Shown one piece after another: positions 1 to 14,120 of a DNA stretch of 64,000 nucleotides. Each line of letters starts with the position of its first letter. Within the stretch, counting starts at the first letter, position 1. The DNA lies in the NCBI GenBank assembly GCA_951406725.2, contig OX597833.1:64666001-64730000 (forward strand), read 5' to 3'. Made by a program: the position numbers and the translations under genes. Under the pieces are notes generated by a model, which did not search any database, was not told the origin of the DNA, and saw only the letters and a list, made by a program, of their open reading frames with translations. This DNA comes from Octopus vulgaris. Its lineage: Eukaryota.

Positions 1-59
1 GATTGGAAAAATAAAGGAACGCAAGTTTGAAAATGAATCCATTTGAAGACGTCTATGGA

Positions 60-915
60 GGTGAATAGAATTACAGTTGCTGTTTCTCAACAAGGAATTC
101 CGGGCGGTGAAAAGATCCACAATATCAATTATGCTGACAAAACCGTCCTAATATTAAAAACAGTGGAGGCGCAATGGCCCAGTGTTTAGGACAGCGGACT
201 CGCGGTCATAGGATCGCGGTTTCGATTCCCAGACCGGGCGTTGTGAGTGTTTATTGAGCGAAAACACCTAAAAAGCTCCACGAGGCTCCGGCAGGGGATG
301 GTGGCGATCCCTGCTGTACTCTTTCACCACAACTTTCTCTCACTCTTACTTCCTGTTTCTGTTGTACCTGTATTTGAAAGGGCCGGCCTTGTCACTCTCT
401 GTGTCACGCTGAATATCCCCGAGAACTACGTTACGGGTACACGTGTCTGTGGAGTGCTCAGCCACTTACACGTTAATTTCACGAGCAGGCTGTTCCATTG
501 ATTCGGATCAAACGGAACTCTCATCGTCGTAACCGACGGAGTGCTTCCATCCAATATTAAAAACAGAGGAAGATCTCTTAGCTTTGATTTGGATAATACA
601 TGTTAGAATTGAAGTTTTGGTTGTAGATTTTAGTCAAGATCACAGATTTGGTGATAGTTTCGAAGAAAATGTTGGAATATTACAACATAAGAATTAGTAG
701 AACAAGTTTGTAACAAGTTTACAAATCGGAAAAGTCATTAAATCAAAAGGCAGGCACATCAAAAATATTAAGCGAGGCGCCGACAAGCCAAGAGTGATTA
801 TTCTGAGATTTAAATATGTATTGACAATTCAATGACTATCAATAAAAGTGAAGAAAAGATTTTAAAGTATCATCAGAACCAATCTTTACAGAAAATTGTG
901 TAACCTACAACTTGG
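60..915 (+). pseudogene. Decayed RTE-like LINE reverse transcriptase fragment, interrupted by a SINE
   Basis: Removing the SINE and one TSD copy gives GEKIHNINYADKTVLILKTEEDLLALI, resembling the LINE RT motif INNIRYADDTVLIAESEEDLQ. Downstream frameshifted pieces (KITDLVIVSKK etc.) follow the usual RT order. Confidence 0.65.
164..552 (+). mobile_element. tRNA-derived SINE, family A, full length
   Basis: A-box-like TGGCCCAGTG and B-box-like GTTTCGATTCC. Perfect 14-bp TSD AATATTAAAAACAG at 150-163 and 553-566. Second copy at 45075-45453 (-). Confidence 0.9.
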
Positions 916-996
916 TGCATGTAGCAAGCAATTGCATAAAGATACGACTATACGTACACTAGTAGATACAGACACTAACAAAAACAGACACGTATG

Positions 997-1030
<34 letters not shown>

Positions 1031-1306
1031 TGTATGTGTGTGTATACGCACATGTACATGCAGACAGGCGTTAAGTAATAGGAAAATATAAACAAAGATA
1101 GAAAGCAATGCATAGAAAGATTTATCTATATAGACATATTGATCAGGTTGGCGAGACGTACACATACGCACACATGCATGCGCACTGCTCCGCTCCGTAA
1201 ACATACAGTAATATGTGCATATGTACATACATATACGTGTGTGTTCCTATGCGTGCATATTGAATATATATATTTGCGTGAGTGCGTACACAAGCACATA
1301 CATACA

Positions 1307-1346
<40 letters not shown>

Positions 1347-1365
1347 AACATAAAAATATATATAT

Positions 1366-1470
<105 letters not shown>

Positions 1471-1485
1471 TATACATACATACGT

Positions 1486-1908
1486 AGGCGTAGATGTGGC
1501 TGTGTGGAAAGGAGCTTGCTTACCAAGCACATGATTCCGGGTTCAGTCCCACTGCGTGGCACCTTGGGCAAGTGTCTTCTACTATAGCCTGGGGCCGACC
1601 AGAGGCTTGTGAGTGGATTTGGTAGACAGAAACTGAAAGAAGCGCGTCGTATATGTGTGTGTGTTTGTGTGTGTTTGTGCGTATGTGTGTGCATGTGTTT
1701 AGGTGTCTGTGTTTGTCACCCCAACATCGCTTGACAACCGATGCTGGTGTGTTTACGTCCTTGTAAGTTAGCGGTTCGGCAAAAGAGACAGAGAGAATAC
1801 GTACTAGGCTTACAAATAATAAGTCCTGGGATCGATTTGCTCGACTAGAGGCGGTGCTCCCACATGGCCACAGTCAAATGACTGAAATAAGTAAAGGCGT
1901 AAAAGAGT
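1486..1908 (+). mobile_element. tRNA-derived SINE, family B (internal microsatellite, GTAAAAGA tail)
   Basis: A-box TGGCTGTGTGG, B-box GGTTCAGTCCC, CORE-like ACCTTGGGCAAGTG. About 10 copies in the window, many flanked by (TA)n. Confidence 0.9.
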
Positions 1909-1955
<47 letters not shown>

Positions 1956-2126
1956 TTATATATGTATATGTGTGTGTGGGGTTTCTGTATACGTATTCGC
2001 ATATACTCACTGATAAATAAATATATACAGAAAAATAGATAGAAAGATAGATATATAGACGGATAGCTTGATAGGTAGATAAATTGGTAGATAGATAAGT
2101 AGGTGGTTAAACAGATAGATAGATAT

Positions 2127-2500
2127 GTTTCTTTATTAGCCACACAGGGCTGCACACAGACGGGACAGATTACAAAGTAGAGCTTTTCTTTTCGGGAAGA
2201 GAAAAGAAAGGGGGAGTAGGTTTTCGATCAAAAGGGATTGTAAAAGGGAAAGAAGAAAAAAAAGGAAAGAAAAAAACGATCAGCAGGGATCGTGTATCAG
2301 AGAAATGTATCGATGTAAAGTGTAAAGGGGGAAGCAGATAAGGCTTATTCGTGGAAAGAAAAGCCTACGGAAAAGACCACGGTAGCCTCGGTCAATAGTG
2401 TCACATGTTAACACATTTATTTGCCAGTAGATAACCCTCTGTTTTAAATTTTTCCGGGTTCATAGGATTATACTCAAAGTGGCTTCGTCATTCATACGTG
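2127..2500 (-). mobile_element. 3' end of a non-LTR retrotransposon (possibly L1/Tx1-like), copy 1
   Basis: Minus strand reads ORF end RMNDEATLSIIL*, then a 3' UTR ending AATAAAGAAAC next to a microsatellite. The same 3' end recurs at 2515. Confidence 0.5.
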
Positions 2501-2514
2501 ATATATATATATAA

Positions 2515-2690
2515 GTTTCTTTATTGGCCACACAGGGCTGCACACAGATGGGACAAGTTACAAGGTAGAGCTTTTCTTTTGGGGGATGAAAAAAACAAAA
2601 AACAAAAGAAACAAAAAAAGGGGTGGCGTAGGTTTTCGATCAAGAGGGATCGTAAAAGTGAAGAAAAGAACAAAATAAAATAAATGAATA
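2515..2690 (-). mobile_element. Shorter 5'-truncated copy of the same LINE 3' end
   Basis: GTTTCTTTATT.GCCACACAGGGCTGCACACAGA.GGGACA shared with 2127; separated from copy 1 by (TA)n. Confidence 0.55.
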
Positions 2691-2723
2691 ACATTTAAAA
2701 ATTAAATATATATATATATATAT

Positions 2724-2820
<97 letters not shown>

Positions 2821-3361
2821 CAGGGAGGGATTTACACAGAGATAGCGAGAGACATAAAGGTAAAAAAAAAAATTAGACCGACACATAGTTAGGCAGGTAG
2901 ATATATATACCAACAGAGGGTTCACCAGTTATTGCATGATTTCAAAATGAAAAATAATTACAATCTTAAACAAACAAAGCTGAAAATAAACCAATGCACG
3001 ATTCTTTGAGACACAAAAATTATTTGAAGTCTGACGCTGACATCCATATAAGAATCTTTGGCTGATAACCAAATTCTACACCAGAAGCAACACGCGATAC
3101 TGTTTTTAAAATTATTCAATATTATATAACTTCGGTATATTTCGTTATATAATATTTTTGTAGCTTTCTCCTAACTTTCTAAAGATTTGTCATTTCTTTA
3201 TACGTTCTCTTCGGTTGTTCCTTCATTCTCTTATTCTGCTCATTTGTGTTTTTCGTCAATTATATCTACACTATTTATACTTATATATGTGTGTGTGTGT
3301 GTGTGTGTATCTGTGTGTGCGCGTGTATCTGTCTTTGCGCATGTATGAATATGTATATATG

Positions 3362-3432
<71 letters not shown>

Positions 3433-3559
3433 TTAGATAGAAAGATGGATAGATAGATAGATAAATTGATAGATATATATAGATATATAGATAGATAGAT
3501 AGATAGATAGGAAGATAGATAGATAAATAGAGAGAGAGAGGTAGGTAGAGATAGATTGG

Positions 3560-3633
<74 letters not shown>

Positions 3634-3916
3634 GATAGATAGAAAGAAAGATAGATAGATAGATAGATATATAGATAGATAGATAAATAGATATATAGAT
3701 AGATAGAAAGATAGATAGATAGATAGGTAGATAGATAGATAGATAGATAGATAGAAACCCCACACATATAATTGTTTACATTCATTACATAGCATAGAGT
3801 TCCAAAGTTTTCCTCCTGATGTGTTTGTAGCATCATACATAGAACGGACAGTCAGACATGTTCGTTACTGTGTGTCGGTAGTATAAACAGATATTGTACG
3901 ACAATTTCTATATCGA

Positions 3917-3964
<48 letters not shown>

Positions 3965-4771
3965 AGAGGTGTGCGTATGCATAAACACACACGCAAGCAC
4001 ACTGACACAGAGACATACATGTATAAAGAGACAAACATATATATATATATATGTACATATACAGATACATACATATATATATATATTTATATATATATAT
4101 ATATACATATATATATACATATATATATGTATATATATGTATATGTGTATATATATATATGTATATATGTGTGTGTTTGTGTTCTATCAAATATGAGAGT
4201 ACCGCTTGTGGTTTTTCATATCTTTCTGTTTCTTTTTTTCTTTTTTTTTTTCTTTTTTTTTTTGTATTTACGAATTTCTTCTATTTTTCTCTTCATGAAA
4301 ACTCTGCTGCTCATTGCTGATTATTGATCTTTTCAACAGTAATCAACTTCTTTTCAATAATTGCTACGAAGCTTCGGTGAATAACAAAACCGGCTTGCTG
4401 GCAGTGCGAAAAAACCATTTAGCGAACACACACCATATGGAAGAGACGTATATATTAATACAGAAAAATAAAATGGTCCTATATACACAGGCACAAATCA
4501 TACATACGCACACGCAAACATAAATGATTGTAAATATATATATATATATATATCTCACACGCATATATATCATACGTAAATCTCCATGTGTGTGTGGTCT
4601 TGTCAGGTTACATGTGAAAATCCCACGTAAAAACAACTGACGCGTAGATATTATATTACGACAGATTCAAAATGAACCATGCGGTTCTCTGAAGGATATT
4701 CGGTAAAACATTCTACGTACACCTACACACGCACACGCTCACGACACACGCACACATACACACACACATAC

Positions 4772-4834
<63 letters not shown>

Positions 4835-4964
4835 CATATATATACATATACGTATATGCATCTTTGCTTCAATGAGTCAAATTATGTATATGGATGTGTG
4901 CATATGAAAGAGTGTGTATGTCTGTGTGTTTGCATGTATATTTACATATATGTATTTGTGTGTG

Positions 4965-5017
<53 letters not shown>

Positions 5018-5288
5018 TTTGTGTATACATACATATATGTGTGTGGTGACAATAGGAGAAAGTGGGAGAATGTTAGTGAGCGACAAGGACAGATAGGGAG
5101 AGTCATGGAGCATGTCAAATTTATCAAGTACGCGACCATAATTCATGAGAAAGAGTTACCTATTACGTATACGATGCGCCCACATGTGACATCTTTGATA
5201 TGCCCACATGCAGTGCACTGAGTATACATAAATAAATATACGTATACGTAAATATATGCATATATATATATATATATATATACACCCA

Positions 5289-5361
<73 letters not shown>

Positions 5362-5497
5362 GTATATATGTAAGGGCAGTTGGATGGATGTATGGATGGA
5401 GGCATGCATGTTATATAAACCAATATATCTGTGTGTATATATATATATATATAAATATAAATATATATACACACACACATATATATATACATATATG

Positions 5498-5890
5498 TAG
5501 TTGGGATTTACAACAAAAAAAAATGAAGATAGGTGTGTAAAAAGCAAACGGGTGTATTAGTTTAACGCTCGGGTAGGCGAGAAAGTGTTTTTACGTTTCC
5601 AACCTACGCCATTCGACAGGAAGGAACACAGAGAAATAAACAGAAAGAATGTAAAAAAAAAAAAAGCTTTAGTGGCTAGCGGTTGATCATGACGATAGCT
5701 GATATGAAATATAACCACCCGTGGATTGTGGGCGATTTTTTCCTCATTTTTCCTTTTTTTTTCTCTTTGGACTGTACTTTTTCCGACGAAAGCTCGAAAC
5801 GTTATTATTATAACAGCTGCCCCCTTTCACCGAGCGTCGAAATAATGTATTGCTTATGCAGGTCCTCAATTGACGCGTAGATATTATATT
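5498..5890. mobile_element. Penelope-like fragment with two oppositely oriented decayed hammerhead-like motifs
   Basis: 5510-5645 is homologous to 36999-37148. Minus motif CTGTCGA...GAAACGTA (about 5588-5622) and plus motif CCGACGA-AAGCTC-GAAACGTT (5783-5803), each followed by CCGAGCGT. (TA)n on both flanks. Confidence 0.5.
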
Positions 5891-5913
5891 ATATATATAT
5901 ATATGTCTCTGTG

Positions 5914-6010
<97 letters not shown>

Positions 6011-6012
<2 letters not shown>

Positions 6013-6415
6013 CGCCTTTTACTCTTTTACTTGTCTCAGTCACTTGACTGCGGCCATGCTGGAGCACCGCCTTTAATCGAGCAACTCGACACCGGGACTT
6101 ATTCTTTTCTAAGCCCAGTACTTATTCTATCGGTCTCTTTTGCCGAACCGCTAAGTAACGGGTACATAAACACGCCAACATCGGTTGTCAAGCAATGCTA
6201 GGGGGACAAACACAGACACACAAACACACTCACGCATATATATATACATATATACGAAGGCCTTCTTTCGGTTTCCCTCTACCAAATCCACTCACAAGGC
6301 TTTGGTCGGACCGAGGTTATAGTAGAAGACAATAGCACAAGGTGCCACGCAGTGGGACTGAACCCGGAACCATGTGGTTGGTAAACAAGCCACTTACCAC
6401 ACAGCCACTCCTGCG

Positions 6416-6418
<3 letters not shown>
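6011..6418 (-). mobile_element. SINE family B, full length
   Basis: Reverse complement of 1486-1908; embedded in (TA)n. Confidence 0.9.
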
Positions 6419-6480
<62 letters not shown>

Positions 6481-6486
6481 ATATAC

Positions 6487-6586
<100 letters not shown>

Positions 6587-6887
6587 TGTGTGTGTGTGTA
6601 CGGTACATATACGAGGTTGGTTCAAAATGCATCTGATTATATTTTACACAACCTCCTATAAAACTAATGTAACAGTCAAATTCCTTTGGATTGCAAAAGG
6701 TGTTATGTCACCCTCACGGTGCATGAAGAATTGATAATAGGAAATGTCTTACATGTATATCCAAGTCGGACAAATCTCCGATTTCTGATTGCAAAAGAAT
6801 TCTGGATTTTCAAATTTCTGACATCTGTGTACGTGAGAGTTTTGTTAATTTAAACAGAGATTACATCATAACATATAGTCAACCTTC

Positions 6888-6932
<45 letters not shown>

Positions 6933-6939
<7 letters not shown>

Positions 6940-7212
6940 AATTACATAATAAGGGAGAAAATTGAATATTAATTTGATTAATATTAATTTAAAACCAGTG
7001 GTCTAGCATATTGAAAAATCTGAAGATTCAGAAAAATTATATTATATACATATAAGTGGGAAGACCACTAGGTGGACATCAATTATGCTAGATGTTATGG
7101 CGTTTGCTGAATTTTCTTGAGAACAATCTTTTCTTAGTGGTCAGACCATATGGGATCTACATCTAGCATAATGAATGTCCACTTAGTGGTCATCCCGCTT
7201 ATATATATAAAT
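6933..7212. mobile_element. Fold-back element 1 in (TA)n
   Basis: Inverted arms 7043-7095 / 7159-7210; leader AATAAGGGAGAAA...AAAACCAGTGGTCTAGCATATT. Confidence 0.7.
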
Positions 7213-7219
7213 AATATAT

Positions 7220-7558
7220 ATAAAATTTACAATTGAATAAGGGTAGAAATTTATATTAATCAATTAAAACCAGAGGCCTAGCATATTAAAAATATCCCAA
7301 GATTAAAACTTATTTTTTACATACAAAATTTAAAGGACTAACCACTAAAAGTGGACAGTCAATATGCTAGATATAGACGGTAAAATCGCTATTTTCCACG
7401 AAGAATGAGTTCTCAAGAAAATACTCAGCCAAAAACCAAAGTGTAAAAATAAGCAAGACAAGTGAAAATATACGAAATAAAAAATAGCGATTTTGACGTC
7501 TATATCTAGCATATTGACTGCCCACTTTTAGTGGTCAGTCCTTCAAATGTTGTATGTA

Positions 7559-7559
<1 letters not shown>
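7220..7559. mobile_element. Fold-back element 2, diverged relative of element 1
   Basis: Inverted arms 7317-7395 / 7481-7559; leader AATAAGGGTAGAAA...AAAACCAGAGGCCTAGCATATT. Confidence 0.7.
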
Positions 7560-7625
<66 letters not shown>

Positions 7626-8369
7626 CATACATAGAGTTTGAGGAATATATATTTATATATATCAATTAGTGTATATGTGTGTATGTGTGTTTTGTTTTGT
7701 GTGTGCGTGCATGTGTGTCGGCTTTTATTAAAGCTACAAAATCTTCGCAGAAATCGTTCGTCGGACAGCAGTGGCCATACTGTAAATCGTGATGGTACGT
7801 GTATTATTACATGTAACCTCACAATTTTAATTCAATATTATTACAACTGTTCGACAAACGGAGAAGTTAAACTCTGCGTGACTGTGCGAAGATTCCGCAT
7901 CTTTAATAAACGCCTATCACTCTACCTTCGGTATTTGATTAATATTAGCCAAACTATTTTCTCGGGAAAAAAAATATATCGCAATTTCATAACGTGATAA
8001 GATAGTGATCTCATATTTCATTAATTCAGATACAAACATGACTAAATGAAACAATGAATTCGACGAAGATCAAAGGATGAAATACACAGATTGAATATAG
8101 AGAATGAAGGTTGGAAAAAACATAGTTATGTTCATCGATATGAAGACAGAACAATTTTGGATTCTCACTGAAGGTATCGCAACACAAGATGGAATTTTAT
8201 AGCCACCGAAGTATTTTCAGTAAACTTTATTAAAAGAACAAGTCGCGTAGCATCCCGCCTTCCGGAGAAGACCAAACCGGACAAAAAAGAAGACTAAATA
8301 GCATGAGTTCACTGGTAGTGAAGAGCTGACATCGTAGTACATCTCCAGCGTTAGAAGCAGTGCAAAGAA

Positions 8370-9478
<1,109 letters not shown>

Positions 9479-9590
9479 GTGATGCATGTGCCTGGTGTAC
9501 CTTTATCAGACGGGTAGTCATGATGGGTATATTGGGCTTCGTATATTTTACCCCAGTGTCACTTTGATGGCATGAACTGCTCTCTCACTC
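9479..9590 (+). mobile_element. Element D, short 5'-truncated copy in (AAT)n
   Basis: Near-identical to the last ~112 bp of 9743-10197; ends CTCTCTCACTC followed by (AAT)n. Confidence 0.8.
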
Positions 9591-9647
<57 letters not shown>

Positions 9648-9653
9648 TAATAG

Positions 9654-9697
<44 letters not shown>

Positions 9698-9704
9698 AAT
9701 AATG

Positions 9705-9742
<38 letters not shown>

Positions 9743-9743
<1 letters not shown>

Positions 9744-10197
9744 GCTACAGCAAATATTCTACTCAATACCACAGATTTGCTTGTCAGTTGTTTGGCCTTA
9801 ACCAGTTGAGCATGTCCCTTAGTGGCTGACGATATGTGCATCTCTGATCACGAGCAGAAGTAATGGGGGAGCATCATAGCCATGTGTTGAGAAGGATTCT
9901 TTGGGGTTTGAATAATTCACCTCTGGAAACATGGGTTTTTCGTTCAATGTCCTTAAACAACCCTTATTCAGGGACCTTTGAGCGGGATGGGTTACTCGAT
10001 CTGAAAATAATTCTAACTGGGCTCCACCTGCAAGGTCATGTGCTGTTTATCTTGATATGAGATCACCATGTCGCGCACATATGGTTGTGATGCATGTGCC
10101 TGGTGTACCTTTATCAGACGGGTAGTCATGATGGTATATTGGGCTTCGTATATTTTACCCCAGTGTCACTTTGATGGCATGCACTGCTCTCTCACTC
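9743..10197 (+). mobile_element. Element D, (AAT)n-embedded retroelement 3' portion
   Basis: Homologous to 28004-28541 (-); common 3' end, variable 5' end, (AAT)n on both sides. Confidence 0.8.
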
Positions 10198-10271
<74 letters not shown>

Positions 10272-10273
<2 letters not shown>

Positions 10274-10399
10274 TCCTACGCAGAACACTTTCCATACAAT
10301 AAACATCAGAGCATCACAACAAATCACAGCACATACCCAAGGCACACAGAGCTGCGCTCGGTAGTGAAGTGAAAGCACGCTATAAAAATAAAACTACTG
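10272..10399 (+). mobile_element. R4/Dong-like non-LTR retrotransposon 3' tip
   Basis: Starts HILRRTLSIQ*, matching the GTAHILRK.LS C-terminus typical of R4/Dong elements; short UTR with AATAAA, then (AAT)n. Confidence 0.6.
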
Positions 10400-10504
10400 A
10401 ATAATAATAATAATAATAAAAAGAAGAAGAAGAAGAAGAAGAAGAAGAAGAAAAAGAAGAAGAAGAAGAAGAAGAAGAAGAAGAAGGAGAAGACGAATAC
10501 TCTC

Positions 10505-10688
10505 TATTATAGGCACAAGGCTTGAAAATTGGGATGAGGCATAGTCAATTACATCAACCCCAGAACTCATCTGGTAATTTATTTATCGATCCCCAAAATA
10601 TGAAAGGCAGAATTTGAACTCAGAACGTAGCGACGGGTAAAACACCGTTAAGCATTTCGTCCAGAGCGCAAACGATTCTGTCAGCCTT
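10505..10688 (-). mobile_element. Diverged SINE family C copy
   Basis: TTATCGATCCCC...TGAAAGGCA, GAATTTGAACTCAGAACG and AAGCATTTCGTCC match the family C reverse complement. Confidence 0.7.
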
Positions 10689-10689
10689 G

Positions 10690-10739
10690 ATAATAATAAT
10701 AATAATAATATTAATAATAATAATAATAATAATAATAAC

Positions 10740-10791
<52 letters not shown>

Positions 10792-11041
10792 GTAATGATG
10801 ATGATCATGATGATGATAGCGATGGCAGCAGCAACTTTCGTAATAATATATTGATAATAGACTTTGTCTTCATCATTATCATCATCATCATCATCATCAT
10901 CCTCATCACAATCATCATCATCATCATCACCTCGATCATCATCATCATCATCATCATCATCATTATCATCATCATCATCATCATAGTCGTCATCATAATC
11001 ATCACCATCATCATTACCACCATCATCATCATCCTCATCAC

Positions 11042-11077
<36 letters not shown>

Positions 11078-11110
11078 AATCATCATCATCATCAACAACA
11101 ACACCACCGT
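10690..11110. repeat. (AAT)n followed by degenerate (CAT)n microsatellite
   Basis: Directly visible; source of poly-Asp/Met/Ile ORFs. Confidence 0.95.
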
Positions 11111-11848
11111 CACCGTCGCCGCCGCTGGCGCCACCGTTATCTTGCACAATATCATCCCCCCACCCCCCCCATCAATATTCTGAAGATAATTACGATCTCC
11201 CCCCCCCGCCCCCCCACTGCAGTGGTCTTTATTGTTATTAGTTGCCAAAACGCGGTTCCTTTGGGAGTGTGTCGAACCACTTTCTTCTTCGTTCCAAATT
11301 ATAACCTAAGAAAACAAAACCCATAAAAAAAAATAAACCCCATGAAATCAATAATGCTTGTATAATGGATATTTGGTTCCTGGCCAGTTTCAAAGAAATT
11401 CATTTTCACTCCGCTTTACAAAAGGAGTATTAATATCTGATATGGACTACAATAATTCATAACTCTTATATATATTAAGCGTGTTTGCCAAAGGAGGATG
11501 GGCTGAGCCTTTTATCGATTCGTAGCAAGCCCACGCTATGTTGGAGAGTTTGGATACAAAATGAGAACACGATTGGAAGAGTGTTTTGCTGCTGTTGAAA
11601 AAAAAAATGTTTAAGCTGGGGACATGATGGTAATGTTGAAACATGCTGATTTCTGCTACAATTAGCCAGCTTCCAGCTGCTGATGTTGAGCTAGTGGGCA
11701 AGTGAAGAGCTACGGAAGAATGGATAGAGTGCGATAACTTGTATGGTTTGGGTCAACGTGACCAATATGCCATCAAGAAAAATAAACGAACGCTGAACGG
11801 AGTAAATCTCAGGTGAATTAACCACTAAAACGCAAGGCCATAGTTGTA

Positions 11849-12709
11849 CGAGGTGGTATCAAAAGGTTCATGGACTAGTTGTGTTTAAGAACAAGTAATT
11901 AATTTACCTGAGTTTTAACATCCTCTCCTTCGAGAATAGTCTCCTTGCGCAGCGATACACCATCCCCAGGTGTTCCTGCAAGTCGTTTTCGTAAACGAGT
12001 CGAGGACCTGCGATTCGATGACGATCCCGATAACGGTATTAAAACGGCGACCCTTGAGCTGCATTTTCATTTTGGGGCAGAGATGGAAGTCCGCAGGTGC
12101 TAAATCTGGGGCTCGGCAGAAGAAATAGCATGCCGTTTTAGGTGAGAAACTCACGAGTGATCAGAGCTCGGTGATAAAGTGTCTTGTGGTCCTGAGGAAT
12201 CTAATTCGTCGAGATCCACAAACGGGTCGCTTTCGCCGAATGTCATTCATCAGACATTTCAAAACGTTACTGTAGAACTGTCGATTGACGTACTGACCCT
12301 TGGGGATGTATTCCCGATGCACAATACGACATTTCCGGAGGGTAACAACGATGGTAGGCCTTCCAGATCACTCATCTTCTTCCAGGGACGTTCTTCCGTT
12401 TTTAAAGCACCCGTGCCATTCGAAACTTTGCGTAGGACCCATTGCCTCGTCGTTGAAAGTTTGCCCAAGCATACTAAATGCCTCTTTAGCAGACTTCCCA
12501 GGTCTCACGGAAAATTTCACGACGGCACTTTGTTCCTAATCGCAGAGTACAGTATACACGCAATCACAGAACACAAATTTCACAAAGCGATGTCACTCAG
12601 CTCACTGCCTCATCGGAGTAAATGCTATTCCTCATTACGCCCGCAACCCTGTGACGACATCTGTTGGCGCGCTACAAAACTAGTCCTGGAACGTATTTAT
12701 GTCAACTCC
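11849..12709 (-). mobile_element. Internally deleted mariner transposon (transposase pseudogene)
   Basis: TA-flanked TIR CGAGGTGGTATCAAAAGGTTC with a degenerate right TIR. Minus strand has N-terminal EQSAVVKF...FEWHGCFKNGRTSLEEDE*SGRP and C-terminal PDLAPADFHLCPKMK...KGRRF...CIAAQGDY. Confidence 0.9.
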
Positions 12710-12753
12710 TATATGTGAGTATGTTTCTGCTGACAAACATACATACACACAAA

Positions 12754-12806
<53 letters not shown>

Positions 12807-12905
12807 TTATATATCCGTCTATATGTGGATATATTTCATATATGAGTTATAAATGACTTCCTGCCTTAAAGATATCTCTTCATCCCATATCATTCTCTAT
12901 TAAAG

Positions 12906-12963
<58 letters not shown>

Positions 12964-12993
12964 GCATATATATATATGCATATGCATATATAT

Positions 12994-13025
<32 letters not shown>

Positions 13026-13751
13026 GAATGAACGTATATACCCCATATTGTAGGTCTCTACATGACAAAAGAAACAAAAATATTAGCATGTGCTCAAAAA
13101 TTAATACAAAATAAATCATCTTTAATATTACACATACCGAAAGAGAAAGAGAAAAAAGGGTGGGCAGCAACAGAGGCAGATAGAAGGAGAGCAAATAAGG
13201 AAGTAAAGAAAGAAACGCGAGGGAAAGAAGGAGTGAGAATGAGAAGGAGAGAGAAAAAATGGTAGAAATAGAATGGGTTAACGAAATATCGAATAAAGGG
13301 AATCGGATAATGATTAAGAAAGAAGTGCTTCCTCAGCAAAAACATTTTCGTATTATTCAGAAACCAGGATTTCACATACCGTGTGTTACAATAGAATATC
13401 CAGGCCTATACGCTGCAATAGCCTAAACACTATAGACAAAATATTTTATTTGCGAATGAATACAAAGGAGCCAAATTGCGATTCGTTCTGAGAAAACAAA
13501 TAGAATGAAGGAGGGGAATAGAATTCTCCTATCTTTCCAATTATGGAAATTATTATGGTTTGTTTTCTTGTTCTCTTATTTATATTTTCTGGTTGTTTTT
13601 TTTTTCTTTTTCTGGATGCGTAATACTTTGTCGTGCATCAGAGCATATTTTCTATAACACTACTGTAAATAGTTTCTTACAAATTAAAAAAAAAACACTC
13701 GCTCATAGAGGTTCACACACACACAGACACACACACACACACACACAGAGT

Positions 13752-13786
<35 letters not shown>

Positions 13787-13871
13787 CAGATATATGCTCA
13801 CAAAATAATACAGTCTTTCAAAAATAATGCATACATCCATACATTCAATTACAAATTCGTGTATGTGTGTG

Positions 13872-13908
<37 letters not shown>

Positions 13909-13909
13909 G

Positions 13910-13952
<43 letters not shown>

Positions 13953-14013
13953 ATGTATATATATACATATATATGTATATATATATATATATATATACAT
14001 ACATATATATATG

Positions 14014-14052
<39 letters not shown>

Positions 14053-14067
14053 TATATATACACATAC

Positions 14068-14120
<53 letters not shown>

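Noticed and set aside
164-240. tRNA gene calls for SINE heads (also 26825 and 56751)
   Set aside because: A and B boxes are present but there is no complete cloverleaf, and each continues into a SINE body.
6610-6890. TACGAGGTTGGTTCAAAA mariner-like end
   Set aside because: No convincing partner TIR or transposase remnant; the similar end at about 20440 is likewise unsupported.
10620-11248. Poly-Asp/Met ORFs
   Set aside because: Translation of the (CAT)n microsatellite; the same applies to 38749-39636.
11480-11770. Possible RTE C-terminal remnant
   Set aside because: Only vague WGH and EEWIEC similarity; too decayed to support.
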